A stretch of 64,000 nt of DNA, taken from assembly GCA_965208835.1 (NCBI GenBank), contig OZ242358.1, forward strand, positions 4,288,001-4,352,000, read 5' to 3'. Below, in pieces: positions 20,168 through 29,971 of the stretch (positions are counted from its first letter, which is position 1; each line of letters opens with the position of its first letter). The notes under the pieces are model-generated. The model ran no database searches. It worked only from the letters and a program-made list of their open reading frames with translations, and was not told where the DNA came from. Both the position numbers and the translations under genes were made by a program. The DNA comes from Candidatus Latescibacterota bacterium (GTDB lineage Bacteria > Latescibacterota > UBA2968 > GCA-2709665).

Positions 20168-21364
20168 ATGGACACGAAAGAAATAATCGGACTTGAACAA
20201 AACTACATTCTGCAGACCTACGCGCGGCCCGACTTTGTACTGGAGCGCGGAGACGGCGTGCATCTTTTCGACACCGAAGGGAAACGGTACCTGGATTTTG
20301 TGAGCGGGTTGTCCGTGAATGCACTGGGATACAACAACCCGACCATTGGCGACGCAATCTCGGCGCAGGCGCGTAAACTGATCCACGTCTCGAACCTCTA
20401 CCATACGATTCCCGCGCCCCGGTTGGCGAAAATGCTGTGCGAGCGTTCATTCGCGGATCGTGTTTTTTTCTGCAATAGCGGAACCGAGTCCTGGGAAGCG
20501 GCGTTGAAGTTCGCGCGAAAATGGGGATACACGAATTTCGAGGAACGCGCAAAGTACAAGTTCATTGCGATGAACAACTCGTTTCACGGACGCACCATGG
20601 GGTCGGTTGCCACCACGGGCCAGCCGAAGTACCACAAAGGCTTCGGACCCCTGCTGCCCGGAATCTCGTTCGCGGAATTCAACAATCTCGAGTCGGTAGA
20701 ACGCCTGGTGGATGCGGAGACGGTAGCGGTGATTCTGGAGCCACTCCAGGCCGAGGGCGGTATTAATTCGGGGGAACCGTCGTTTATTGAAGGTCTGCGG
20801 CAGCTGTGCGATGAGATGAAGATGCTGCTGGTGTTCGACGAGATCCAGTCCGGACTCTGCCGGACCGGGGCCCTGTTCTGTTATGAGCACTACGGCGTAA
20901 CACCGGACATCATGACGCTGGCCAAGCCCCTGGCCGGGGGTCTGCCGATTGGCGCAACACTGATGAGCCAGGACGTTGCCGATGCCGTGGAGCCCAGCGA
21001 CCATGCGGCTACGTTCGGGGCGCATCCGGTCAGTTGCTCCGTGGGCATCGAGGTCTTCAGGCAGCTCTCGGATCCGGGATTCATCGCGGCCGTAAGGGCG
21101 AAGGGCGAACTTCTGAATGGCCGGCTGAATGCGCTGATGGAAACGTACCCCGATAAGATCACCGAGGTCCGCGGCAGGGGGTTGATCGCCGGTGCGGTGT
21201 TGGCCGACGTTCCTGCCGCCGACGTGATGGGCGCGTTCCGTGAGCGGGAAATCCTGGTATGTGTGGCCGGTCCGGACGTGGTGCGTTTTCTGCCTCCCCT
21301 GGTGATTGAACAGGAGAATATCGACCAGGTCATGGACGTGTTCGACGAAATTCTGCAGGGTTAA
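20168..21364 (+). CDS. argD: acetylornithine aminotransferase
   Basis: YLDF, NSGTE, SFHGRT, EPLQAEGG, DEIQSG..RTG, AKPLAGG, RFLPPL. Confidence 0.92.
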   Translation: MDTKEIIGLEQNYILQTYARPDFVLERGDGVHLFDTEGKRYLDFVSGLSVNALGYNNPTIGDAISAQARKLIHVSNLYHTIPAPRLAKMLCERSFADRVFFCNSGTESWEAALKFARKWGYTNFEERAKYKFIAMNNSFHGRTMGSVATTGQPKYHKGFGPLLPGISFAEFNNLESVERLVDAETVAVILEPLQAEGGINSGEPSFIEGLRQLCDEMKMLLVFDEIQSGLCRTGALFCYEHYGVTPDIMTLAKPLAGGLPIGATLMSQDVADAVEPSDHAATFGAHPVSCSVGIEVFRQLSDPGFIAAVRAKGELLNGRLNALMETYPDKITEVRGRGLIAGAVLADVPAADVMGAFREREILVCVAGPDVVRFLPPLVIEQENIDQVMDVFDEILQG

Positions 21365-21559
21365 CCTGGATTCGTCATTTTTCGGGGACGTTAATTCGAA
21401 TATGCGCCATTTAACAAAGGCGAATAGAAGGCGGATTACCAGGATACACCAGGTCACTGGACGTGAACGGAAAAAACATCCTTCCGGACGACCATTTCGG
21501 CCCGTTTCGGAAAGTTTCGTCGTGGTGCCGCGTTGCGGCTATTGCGGCAAATAGATTAG
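21361..21559 (+). mobile_element. MITE-like dispersed repeat, copy 2 (~199 bp)
   Basis: Begins TTAACCTGGATTCG, ends GCAAATAGATTAG; homologous to 1110-1307 and 31695-31819; its first TTAA includes the argD stop codon. Confidence 0.72.
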
Positions 21560-21589
21560 CAGGCGGATGACTGAAAAGGAGCGTCTGTA

Positions 21590-22843
21590 ATGAAATTGGC
21601 GGACATTCGGAGCAAGCGGATTGCGCTGGCGGCCTCCGGCGGGCTTGACAGCTGTACGGTTACGCGCTGGCTTGCCGACCATGGGGTGGAGGTGGTGAGC
21701 ATCACCGCGGATATCGGGCAGCCGGACGAGGACGATATCGAGGATATCGGCCGGCGGATGCTGGCCTGCGGGGCCGTGGATTCGGTTATCCTGGACCTGA
21801 AGTCGGACCTGGCAGAGGAGGCAATCACCATGCTCCTGGCCAATGCCGTCTACGAGGGCGGGTACTGGAACACGACCGGTCTTGCCCGACACGTGACCGC
21901 ACAGGGTATCCTTGAAGAGATGCAGGCGCGCGATATCGACGTACTCGCGCACGGAGCCACCGGCCGAGGGAACGACCAGGTGCGATTCCAGCTCGTCGCC
22001 AATATGCTGTCGCCCGCCATCAAGGTGTATGCGCCGTGGCGCGACGACGCATTCCTGGAGCATTTCGGCGGACGCAGGGAGATGATCGCCTATTGCCAGG
22101 CCCGGAACCTGCCCATTACGGCTACGCAGGACAAGCCGTATTCGACGGACGCGAATCTGCTGGGGTTGACGCATGAGGCGGGAAAGCTGGAATACCTCGA
22201 CGTGGCGGCGGATTTCATCGAGCCGGGCATGGGCGTTTTCCCGAAGGACGCGCCGGATCGCCCGGAGACATTCTCCGTAACGCTTGAAGCAGGGCGTCCC
22301 GTACTTGTGAACGGGGAGCATGTGGACGCGGTATCGGCGATCGCAACGGCCAACGACGTTGCCGGGCGTCACGGAGTCGGCATCGGTATCCACACGGTCG
22401 AGAATCGTTTCGTGGGCATCAAATCCCGAGGCGTTTACGAAAGCCCGGGGCTCGCACTGCTGGGCGCATGCTACCAGTACCTGCTGCAGCAGGTACTCGA
22501 CAGGCGGGCACGGCGATTCTACGACTCGCTCTCCTCGGTGCTTGCCGAGCAGATCTACCAGGGGTATTATTTCGACCTGTCTTCACAGATGATTCGAGGC
22601 GCCCTCGCGCCGGTTCGGAAGCTGGCCGAGGGCTCGCTGACGGTTTCGGTATACAAAGGCTCGGTAACGTATCAGTCCTCCGGTGCCGTGGCGCATTCGC
22701 TGTATTCCTCCGAACTGTCCTCGATGGAAGCGATCGGTGATTACGACCATAGGGATTCGGAGGGATTTCTGAATGTGCTGAGTGTCGGCGCGAAGGCGTT
22801 GAATGCGTCGCACCAGGTGGAAGCAGGGCTGACGGAAGACTGA
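21590..22843 (+). CDS. argG: argininosuccinate synthase
   Basis: SGGLDS, HGATGRGNDQVRF, YSTDANL, VENR.VGIKSRGVYE.PG. Confidence 0.95.
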   Translation: MKLADIRSKRIALAASGGLDSCTVTRWLADHGVEVVSITADIGQPDEDDIEDIGRRMLACGAVDSVILDLKSDLAEEAITMLLANAVYEGGYWNTTGLARHVTAQGILEEMQARDIDVLAHGATGRGNDQVRFQLVANMLSPAIKVYAPWRDDAFLEHFGGRREMIAYCQARNLPITATQDKPYSTDANLLGLTHEAGKLEYLDVAADFIEPGMGVFPKDAPDRPETFSVTLEAGRPVLVNGEHVDAVSAIATANDVAGRHGVGIGIHTVENRFVGIKSRGVYESPGLALLGACYQYLLQQVLDRRARRFYDSLSSVLAEQIYQGYYFDLSSQMIRGALAPVRKLAEGSLTVSVYKGSVTYQSSGAVAHSLYSSELSSMEAIGDYDHRDSEGFLNVLSVGAKALNASHQVEAGLTED

Positions 22844-22899
22844 GAACCAGGGATTCAGAATCCTCGTTCCGGGACTCGCCGGCTCTTCAGGATTATTCA

Positions 22900-24306
22900 A
22901 TGGGTGAAGCTGAAAAAAAACCATGGTCGGGCCGCTTCGACAAGGCGTCGGAGAGCGCAATGGAGCAATTCAACGCGTCCATCGGGTTCGACAGGCGGCT
23001 ATACAGGGCGGACATCGCCGGAAGCAGGGCACAGGCCAAAGCCCTGTCGAAAATCGGCGTCCTGACGGCCCGGCAGCTGGACTGCATCCTGAAGGGCCTG
23101 GACCAGGTCGAAGCGGAAATTGCCGACGGCCGCCTTGTCCTGCACAAACGTCTGGAAGACATACACATGGCGGTGGAGGCGCGGCTGACAGAGATCGTGG
23201 GAGAGGTTGGCGGCAAGCTCCATACCGGACGCAGCAGGAACGATCAGGTGGCGCTGGATGAGCGGCTGTATCTGCGGGAGGCGACTCGGATTACCCTTGA
23301 CGGCATCGATCGGTTGCAGACCGTTCTGTTGGATTTCGCCGATCGGCACATCGACGCTCTGATGCCGGGATATACACATCTGCAACAGGCGCAGCCCGTC
23401 CGTCTGTCGCACTATACAATGGCATTGTTCTGGATGCTGGATCGGGACCGGGGACGATTCGCCGCCTGCGCCGACCGGGCGGATGCCATGCCGCTCGGTT
23501 CGGGCGCCTTTTCCGGCAGCGCCTTTCCGATAGACCGCGAATTCCTTGCGTCGGAACTGGGTTTCTCGCGTATAACCCGGAACAGCATCGACGCGGTCAG
23601 CGACCGGGACTATCTCCTCGAGTTTATGTCCGCCGCTGCAATTCTTATTGGACACCTCAGCAGGTTCTGCGAAGACCTGATCGTGTGGTCGTCGTCCGAG
23701 TTTCGGTTTATCGAACTTGACGACGCGTACAGCACCGGTTCGAGCATGATGCCGCAGAAGAAGAACCCGGATTCGCTGGAACTGGTCCGCGGCAAGGCGG
23801 GGCGGGTGTACGGCAATCTGATGGCGCTGTTGACCGTGATGAAGGGATTGCCGCTGACCTACTCGAAGGATCTTCAGGAAGACAAGGAGCCCTTCTTCGA
23901 TACGGTCGATACGGTTCATCAGGTGCTGGAGGTATTCGCAGGCGCGTGGCGGACAATGGCGGTACATACCGATCGGATGCGCGAGGCTCTCGACGGTACC
24001 GTCGTGGCGACGGACCTCGCGGATTATCTTGTGAGAAAGGGACTGCCCTTTCGAGAAACTCACCGGATCGTGGGCCGGCTGGTCCGGACCGCGCTTTCGC
24101 GGGGACGGCGCCTCGACGAGCTGGACCTGCGGACCCTCCACTCGGAGTGCGATCTGTTCGAGGCGGATGTGGCGGAGTCGCTTCGCGTAGAGGCCAGCGT
24201 CAACCGTCGGGAACTTGACGGAGGGACCGGTTACGAGGCCGTTGCGGCGCAGATTCGCAGCGGCAGGCAGATACTGAGCCGGAGAACGCGGAGAGCGGAA
24301 GGGTGA
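22900..24306 (+). CDS. argH: argininosuccinate lyase
   Basis: WSGRF, LHTGRSRNDQ, MPGYTHLQ, GSSMMPQKKNPD, DLQEDK. Confidence 0.97.
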   Translation: MGEAEKKPWSGRFDKASESAMEQFNASIGFDRRLYRADIAGSRAQAKALSKIGVLTARQLDCILKGLDQVEAEIADGRLVLHKRLEDIHMAVEARLTEIVGEVGGKLHTGRSRNDQVALDERLYLREATRITLDGIDRLQTVLLDFADRHIDALMPGYTHLQQAQPVRLSHYTMALFWMLDRDRGRFAACADRADAMPLGSGAFSGSAFPIDREFLASELGFSRITRNSIDAVSDRDYLLEFMSAAAILIGHLSRFCEDLIVWSSSEFRFIELDDAYSTGSSMMPQKKNPDSLELVRGKAGRVYGNLMALLTVMKGLPLTYSKDLQEDKEPFFDTVDTVHQVLEVFAGAWRTMAVHTDRMREALDGTVVATDLADYLVRKGLPFRETHRIVGRLVRTALSRGRRLDELDLRTLHSECDLFEADVAESLRVEASVNRRELDGGTGYEAVAAQIRSGRQILSRRTRRAEG

Positions 24307-24938
24307 AGTCCTTCAGTGAGCGCGACGTGCGGCGGCACTACGACCTTTTGCAACACGGTCCGGAACATGGCCTGACACATCTGAAGGCGATGGATGGAGA
24401 CCACGTCATCGGCATCGGGTTGTTCGATAACGAGGCCGACTTCGTTTCGGAGTGTCTGCGGTACAACGGACTGGGTACGCTGTTCGTGGGTGTGAACCCG
24501 CGGTCGAATCGCCTGATGGAGGACTATGGCGGTTTGCAAAACCGCATGCGCACGCTGTTCATGGACGTGGTTGCGGATGGTGATATCGACTTTGTCACCG
24601 GAATGGCCGTGGGCGATCCGGATCGGCTCGCCCAACCTCCTCGAAAACTCCTGCGCGACGCCTCGGTGCTGGCGGACGGCGAAGTCTTCTTTCCGCTCGA
24701 TAAAGCGATGCCGGTTTCCCGCGAATCCCTGCAGAAAGTCCGGCGGCGGCTGGATATGTGGCTCTACGGCGAGTGCGATTCCGACGGGATCGACCTGATG
24801 CAATTCGTACGGGTTGCGGGAACGGCGGCGCACGACGATGGATGGTTCAGACGACGTACGGTGTTCAGAAAATTCCGTCCCTACATAATGGATGGTATTA
24901 CCGATGAGATCGAGGATCTGAAGGACGAACCCGCATAG
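24303..24938 (+). CDS. hypothetical protein with RepB'/AEP primase-like motif remnants
   Basis: GTGA overlap with the argH stop; LFVGVNPR and FVRVAGT motifs. Confidence 0.6.
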   Translation: MKSFSERDVRRHYDLLQHGPEHGLTHLKAMDGDHVIGIGLFDNEADFVSECLRYNGLGTLFVGVNPRSNRLMEDYGGLQNRMRTLFMDVVADGDIDFVTGMAVGDPDRLAQPPRKLLRDASVLADGEVFFPLDKAMPVSRESLQKVRRRLDMWLYGECDSDGIDLMQFVRVAGTAAHDDGWFRRRTVFRKFRPYIMDGITDEIEDLKDEPA

Positions 24939-25128
24939 CGGCCCCGAAGACGGAACTTTGCGTCCGATGGGGCGTTTACGTGGCAGTGCAACGCACGGGC
25001 CGACCGCGGGCGCGCGGGTCGACGACCCGTTTTTTTCGTTATATCGGCTCCCGCGCTTGACCCACGGAATCGGCCGCCGTACAATTGAAATCGTGCCGGG
25101 AAGTCACCCCACATCCAGGGAGATGGTT

Positions 25129-26184
25129 ATGTTTCGAAAGTCAATCGCTTTGTTATGCGCCAGCTGCGTGCTGTGGACCAGCCTTGTTGGCGCAGGTCAG
25201 ACGTGGGCGGCGGAATCGGGTGCTGAAAATGCGGAAAAGGCAGAAAGTGATGGCGAAGATCGTCCCAAAACCACCCGGACAATCGAAGCCCTGGAGGATG
25301 CAGGCTGGGCCATCGTCGATGTGAGGCAGATCGAGGGCAACCTGGTGGTGCTGAGCCCGCTCGTAGGGCCGGAAATCGATCTGGAAGAGAGCAACCGCTA
25401 CTCCCTGTTCCAGGGGCGCAGCGTCTATAACGAGAGGGTACCCCTGCGGCTGCTCGATATGGCTGTGCCCGGCATTCAGACGGCCTCGTTTCTGAAGAGC
25501 GGAGAACGCGTGATGGTGAGGATCCGGTACCGGTCCGGCCCGAAAATCGCGAACAGGACCGTACCGGTCGGCGATGAGGACGCGTTAAGACGACTGCGGG
25601 AATACGTCGAACACTTCGACGAGGTCCGAAAGGGTGAATACAAGATCGGATTTGAATCCAAGTTGCCTGAAGATGCCGAATACCCCAGGTATACAGACCG
25701 GAAAATCTCCTTCGAAGAGCGCCGTCCGCGGGCCGGAATAACGCGCCGGCTTCGAGGCGGGGTCGTGTTGAAGGACGGTGAGCGGATCGAGGGACAGTTA
25801 TTGCCGGAATACGACGACGGGACCATACTGGTACAATCCGGTCTCGACGCCAGGCGGGTCCCGGTCAATGATATCGACCGGGTCCTGTTCCTTCGCGGGA
25901 GACGTTCGACAAAGCTCGGCACCGCGGTCCGGATGGGCGTCGGGGGCGCCGTATCGGGCGCCTTGGTGGGTGCGTTTGCCGGCTGGCAGTCGAACTCACC
26001 GGTCAAAGACACAGCGATCCTGTTCGGCGCGATATCGGGCGCGATCGGGTTTTTCACGGGACTGTTCCGTTCCAGTGGCGGCCCTGGCAAACGTGAGTTC
26101 GTGCTAGGCCCTGTAGATGACGGTCGTGATCGTAACCCGGACGGTGATGGCGACAGGGAGAAACGTGAGCGCTCAGGCAGGTAG
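25129..26184 (+). CDS. hypothetical exported/membrane protein with C-terminal glycine-zipper hairpin
   Basis: Signal peptide MFRKSIALLCASCVLW...WA; GVGGAVSGALVGAFAG and GAISGAIGFFTG helices. Confidence 0.6.
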   Translation: MFRKSIALLCASCVLWTSLVGAGQTWAAESGAENAEKAESDGEDRPKTTRTIEALEDAGWAIVDVRQIEGNLVVLSPLVGPEIDLEESNRYSLFQGRSVYNERVPLRLLDMAVPGIQTASFLKSGERVMVRIRYRSGPKIANRTVPVGDEDALRRLREYVEHFDEVRKGEYKIGFESKLPEDAEYPRYTDRKISFEERRPRAGITRRLRGGVVLKDGERIEGQLLPEYDDGTILVQSGLDARRVPVNDIDRVLFLRGRRSTKLGTAVRMGVGGAVSGALVGAFAGWQSNSPVKDTAILFGAISGAIGFFTGLFRSSGGPGKREFVLGPVDDGRDRNPDGDGDREKRERSGR

Positions 26185-26290
26185 TCTCACGTCCAATAAG
26201 ACGCCGCCAAGCCCTTCGGTCAATCCGGAGCGATCCGAATGGACGCGACAGCGATACCGTTGCACTGGGCCTCGCTGCGAGGAGGATGAA

Positions 26291-26806
26291 TTGAGAATTC
26301 TGCCGTATCAGAACGCAACACCGGAAATTGACGATTCCGTATTCCTTGCCGACGGAGCGATACTTGTCGGCAAGGTGTATGTCACGTCAGAGGTGAGTAT
26401 CTGGTTCAACGCCGTGTTGCGCGGTGACGAGGAGCCGATCCGGATCGGCAAGGGATCCAATATCCAGGACGGAGCGGTCCTGCATACTGATCCGGGATGT
26501 CCCTGTACCGTGGGCGAGTACGTTACAGTCGGTCACAACGCGATTCTGCACGGGTGTCTTATAGATCGTGGGGCGACTATAGGAATGGGCGCAACGGTGT
26601 TGAATCACGCACGGGTCGGCGAGGAATCTCTCGTCGCGGCGAATGCGCTGGTCCTCGAGGGTATGGAGATCCCGCCCCGGACGCTGGCCGCGGGTGTGCC
26701 GGCCAGGGTAAGGCGGGAGTTGACGGAGGAGGAGATCGCGAATTTCAGGAAGAATACGGATGGGTATGTCAGAAGGAGGGGAGTCTACAAGGGGCGAGAC
26801 CGCTGA
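26291..26806 (+). CDS. gamma-carbonic anhydrase family protein (hexapeptide repeats)
   Basis: SIWFNAVLRGD, SNIQDG.VLH, TVGH.AILHGC, GVPA; GGAGG RBS before TTG 26291. Confidence 0.92.
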   Translation: MRILPYQNATPEIDDSVFLADGAILVGKVYVTSEVSIWFNAVLRGDEEPIRIGKGSNIQDGAVLHTDPGCPCTVGEYVTVGHNAILHGCLIDRGATIGMGATVLNHARVGEESLVAANALVLEGMEIPPRTLAAGVPARVRRELTEEEIANFRKNTDGYVRRRGVYKGRDR

Positions 26807-26912
26807 GTTGAGCATTGAGATTCGCCGAAGGCGGGCCCCTGAGGTTTGGCGCCCGCCATTATTGTGGCACCACCGTTTGTTTTTGGTCGCTGAGGAAGTG
26901 AGTGTGAAGGTG

Positions 26913-26957
26913 CTTGACTCGCAGCCGCAAACTGGCAGCTTGCGGCTGCGAGTCAAG
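26913..26957. repeat. perfect 18-bp inverted repeat (REP-like hairpin)
   Basis: CTTGACTCGCAGCCGCAA-N9-TTGCGGCTGCGAGTCAAG. Confidence 0.8.
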
Positions 26958-26967
26958 GCTGGATACT

Positions 26968-27345
26968 TTGGCACAAGAATCTGACATAACCGAGAGGTTC
27001 GAACGCGGCATCCGCGAATTCAATGCCGGCGACTTCTATACGTCTCACGACACGTGGGAGGACGTCTGGATGGATGTGCGGGGATCCGAAAGACCCTTCT
27101 TTCAAGGTATGATTCAAGTGGCTGTCGGCTTCTATCACCTGACATGTGAGAATTATGCGGGCGCCGAACACCTGTTGACCCGGGGCATCCGAAAACTCAG
27201 GCCGTACAAACCCGGCCACCGGGGAGTCGACACCGAGTACCTCGTTCGCGAAGCGTCAACGGCACTGGCCGAGGTCCTCGACGTGCGCGGGGGAAGACGC
27301 AAGACATACTCTTCGGAAATCGCGCCCAGGATTCGACGCGCATGA
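26968..27345 (+). CDS. DUF309-domain protein
   Basis: GIREFNAGDFYTSHDTWE.VW, FFQGMIQVAVG.YH; start uncertain (TTG 26968 or 26914). Confidence 0.85.
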   Translation: MAQESDITERFERGIREFNAGDFYTSHDTWEDVWMDVRGSERPFFQGMIQVAVGFYHLTCENYAGAEHLLTRGIRKLRPYKPGHRGVDTEYLVREASTALAEVLDVRGGRRKTYSSEIAPRIRRA

Positions 27346-27391
27346 TCTTTCGGATGATGACTTAAACCAAAAAGGGCCTCCTGCCCTCTTT

Positions 27392-29566
27392 CTATTTCTC
27401 TACATGAAAAATGGCCGTACGCATGGCGGACTGTAAACTGTTCAGGTCGGTCACGGATACCCTGACGCGACTGAAGCCGGGTTTGAGGTTCCCGGCGTCC
27501 AGTTCGAAGTAGATTGCCTCGGTAGCGTCAGCGCCTGTCCGGTCGTAGCTCACAACCACCTCCTCTTTTTCGGCTGAAATAATCCTCCGTACCAGCGACG
27601 ATAACGCGCCGAAGACCCCCTTCCCCAGGCGGGCATCCCGCTGAATGGAGTAGGAAACTCGGTATCTGGTTCTTCCAAATGCGTCTGTCCGCAGGTTATA
27701 CAGTTCATAGTAAATGTGTATATTCGTGTCCTGCCGGTAGCTCCGGCTTGGCATCGGTACCGCCCAGAGGTTTTCCTTTCTGAACTTTCCTTCCCGTGTC
27801 GATTCCCGGATGTCCCAGCACATTTGCAGATCGCTGATTGCCAGCGAATCCACATAATCAGGGACGTTCAAGTCCTGCAGGTACACCCCCCATTTGCCTG
27901 AGATCCGGTCCACAAGCTGTACAGCAAGCCGGTAGTCTCCAGGTCAGACGTCAATCCGGATCAGGTCCGGTGCAAAAGTGCCGCGCGCAGCCTGTTCGCC
28001 TTGAGGCGCCGGAAAAACCAGGTCTGTCTGCCGCCGACAGTATACGTCGCCACTCGCGTCCGTTAACGCCGCCACCATCCTGACGTTGGAGAGTTCGCTT
28101 CCTGCCGTCTCTTCGCTCTCCACCAGGTCCAAAGGAATGCCGAAATAGACCTCCACCGCCGCGGCGCCACCGTCGGAGCCGCGGAAACTGGCCGTGTCGT
28201 AGTAGAACTCGAGGTGGTCCATCCCGGGAGGAACGTCGTAGAAATCCGGCATTGTCTGTGTCGCCTTCCGGTAAACCACTGCCGGACTCAGCGACAATAT
28301 CCTTGGGGTCAGGCTAATGTCGTTGCCGGGTACGCCAATCAGAAAGTCCCAATCTCCGTCGAACCATTTATCCTTGAAAATCAGTTGCAGTCCGCCTGCG
28401 ACTTTCGTGTATACCCACTCCTCCTTCTTGGCGGACTTGTCTTTCAGAGTCCATCCTTGCGGCCTCTCCCGATCCGATTTGGTGTCGTAAACGCCGTAGA
28501 TCTGCTGCCCGTGCACGTCGCGTATCCGCTGGACCTCCAGGCTCGGCGGATACGCGTTTACCCTGTCCGAACGCGCACGATATTCAGGCTCTCCATACCG
28601 GATGTAGACCTCTCCTCGCCGGTCCCACGGGAATACTTTCTCCCCGAAAAACGTCCGGGCATGCCACACCCTCCGATAGTGCTCCGCCTCCCGCGCCTTC
28701 CCCGCTGACACCAGCGCCATATCTCTCTTCTTCCAGAAGGACCGCAGCCATTCTTCACGTTCCCTGCCGGATCTGGCCTCGTAGGTCTCGAGTTCCTCCG
28801 GGAAGGTCACCAGCGACAAATCCTCATATAACGCCCTTTCGCTGTCGGGTAATGCATGGAAATAATCCTGGAAAAGCGCAACAGCCTGCTCCGGATCGCC
28901 CAGCGCCGCCCATGCCTGAGCGGCCAGCGGCAGAAGCCGTGAATCCGATGAAGTATCCGTGATGGCGGGTTCAAGCACCTCCAACGCTTCCTGATAATTG
29001 TGTAGTTCGATGTACGTCATGGCGAGACCTTGATACCCCCGTATATCTCCGGGCATGATCTCGAGATAGCGATTGTAGAGGGCAATTCTCTTTTCAGGGA
29101 AGAGGCTGTCCCTGAACCAGTCCCCCAGCATCAGATAGGCCGGCGCATAGGTCGGATGCGCCTCGATCACGTCCTTCAAGGCATGCTCTGCATTCAGGTC
29201 GCCAAGCTGGATGTGCAACCGTGCGATATTCATTCGCGCTTCGAGGTAACCCTCATTAACCCCCAGCGCGCGGCGGAAATACTCGAATGCCTTCCGCTTG
29301 ACCGCCTTCGGGTCGCGTCCGTATGCCAGTCCCATCCCATTGTACGCCGCAGCCGCGGAATCTCCTCTCGCGCCTTGCCGAAATGCCTTCCTGGCATCTT
29401 CGAAATTACCGCGCTCAAGGTAGGCGTACCCCAGACCGACCCAGTCTCGTTCGTTGCGCAGCGCATCCAGCGAGTCCGCGGGACTCGCTGCAACACTTTC
29501 GCAGAAAAATCGAAATACTGGAAGCAGCACGGCCAATACAATAAACAGATTTGGTTTCATTGGCAT
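27392..29566 (-). pseudogene. TPR + GWxTD-domain protein interrupted by an in-frame TGA at 27944-27946
   Basis: ORFs 27944-29566 and 27392-27913 share a frame (...IRIDV*PGDYRLAVQLVDR...); signal peptide, TPRs, FWKKRD, EHYRRV, WDRRGEVYIRYGEP; C-terminal ISDL, YYELYNL. Confidence 0.78.
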
Positions 29567-29855
29567 TCCTTAACCTTCCAGGAAGAGGGCGTCATCCTGA
29601 TCTTCCTTCCCTGTGTCTGGATTCACAAAATAAAATATCCCTTCGTATACTGGCGGGATTTCTGCAGATCGTCCCGCCAACAAATAAGGACACGGATTTG
29701 TCCATTCCGGTTCGGTAAAATGTGCCTATGGAACTGAAGACGCGATCGAGCCTACGCACGCACGACACAGGCTTCATTCTTCAGGAATTGAGATCCCCAT
29801 GCGCTTCCTTCCGCAGTATGCGTCTATCGGAGCGTCCGGTTTCAGATAGTGTTCG

Positions 29856-29884
29856 TTGACATGAACGGGTGGCTCCCGTATATT
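29856..29884 (+). promoter_or_regulatory. sigma70 promoter for the SDR-GNAT pair
   Basis: TTGACA-N17-TATATT. Confidence 0.65.
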
Positions 29885-29971
29885 CGTTTATGGCGGTTAG
29901 CTGTTACCATTTAGCAATGTAGCCGATGGCTAAGTCGCAATTTCGACCCAACCACTCCAGAGGAGAATTCA

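Noticed and set aside
27944-27946. Selenocysteine codon
   Set aside because: The aligned paralogue residue is not Cys, there is no redox motif and the downstream hairpin is weak.
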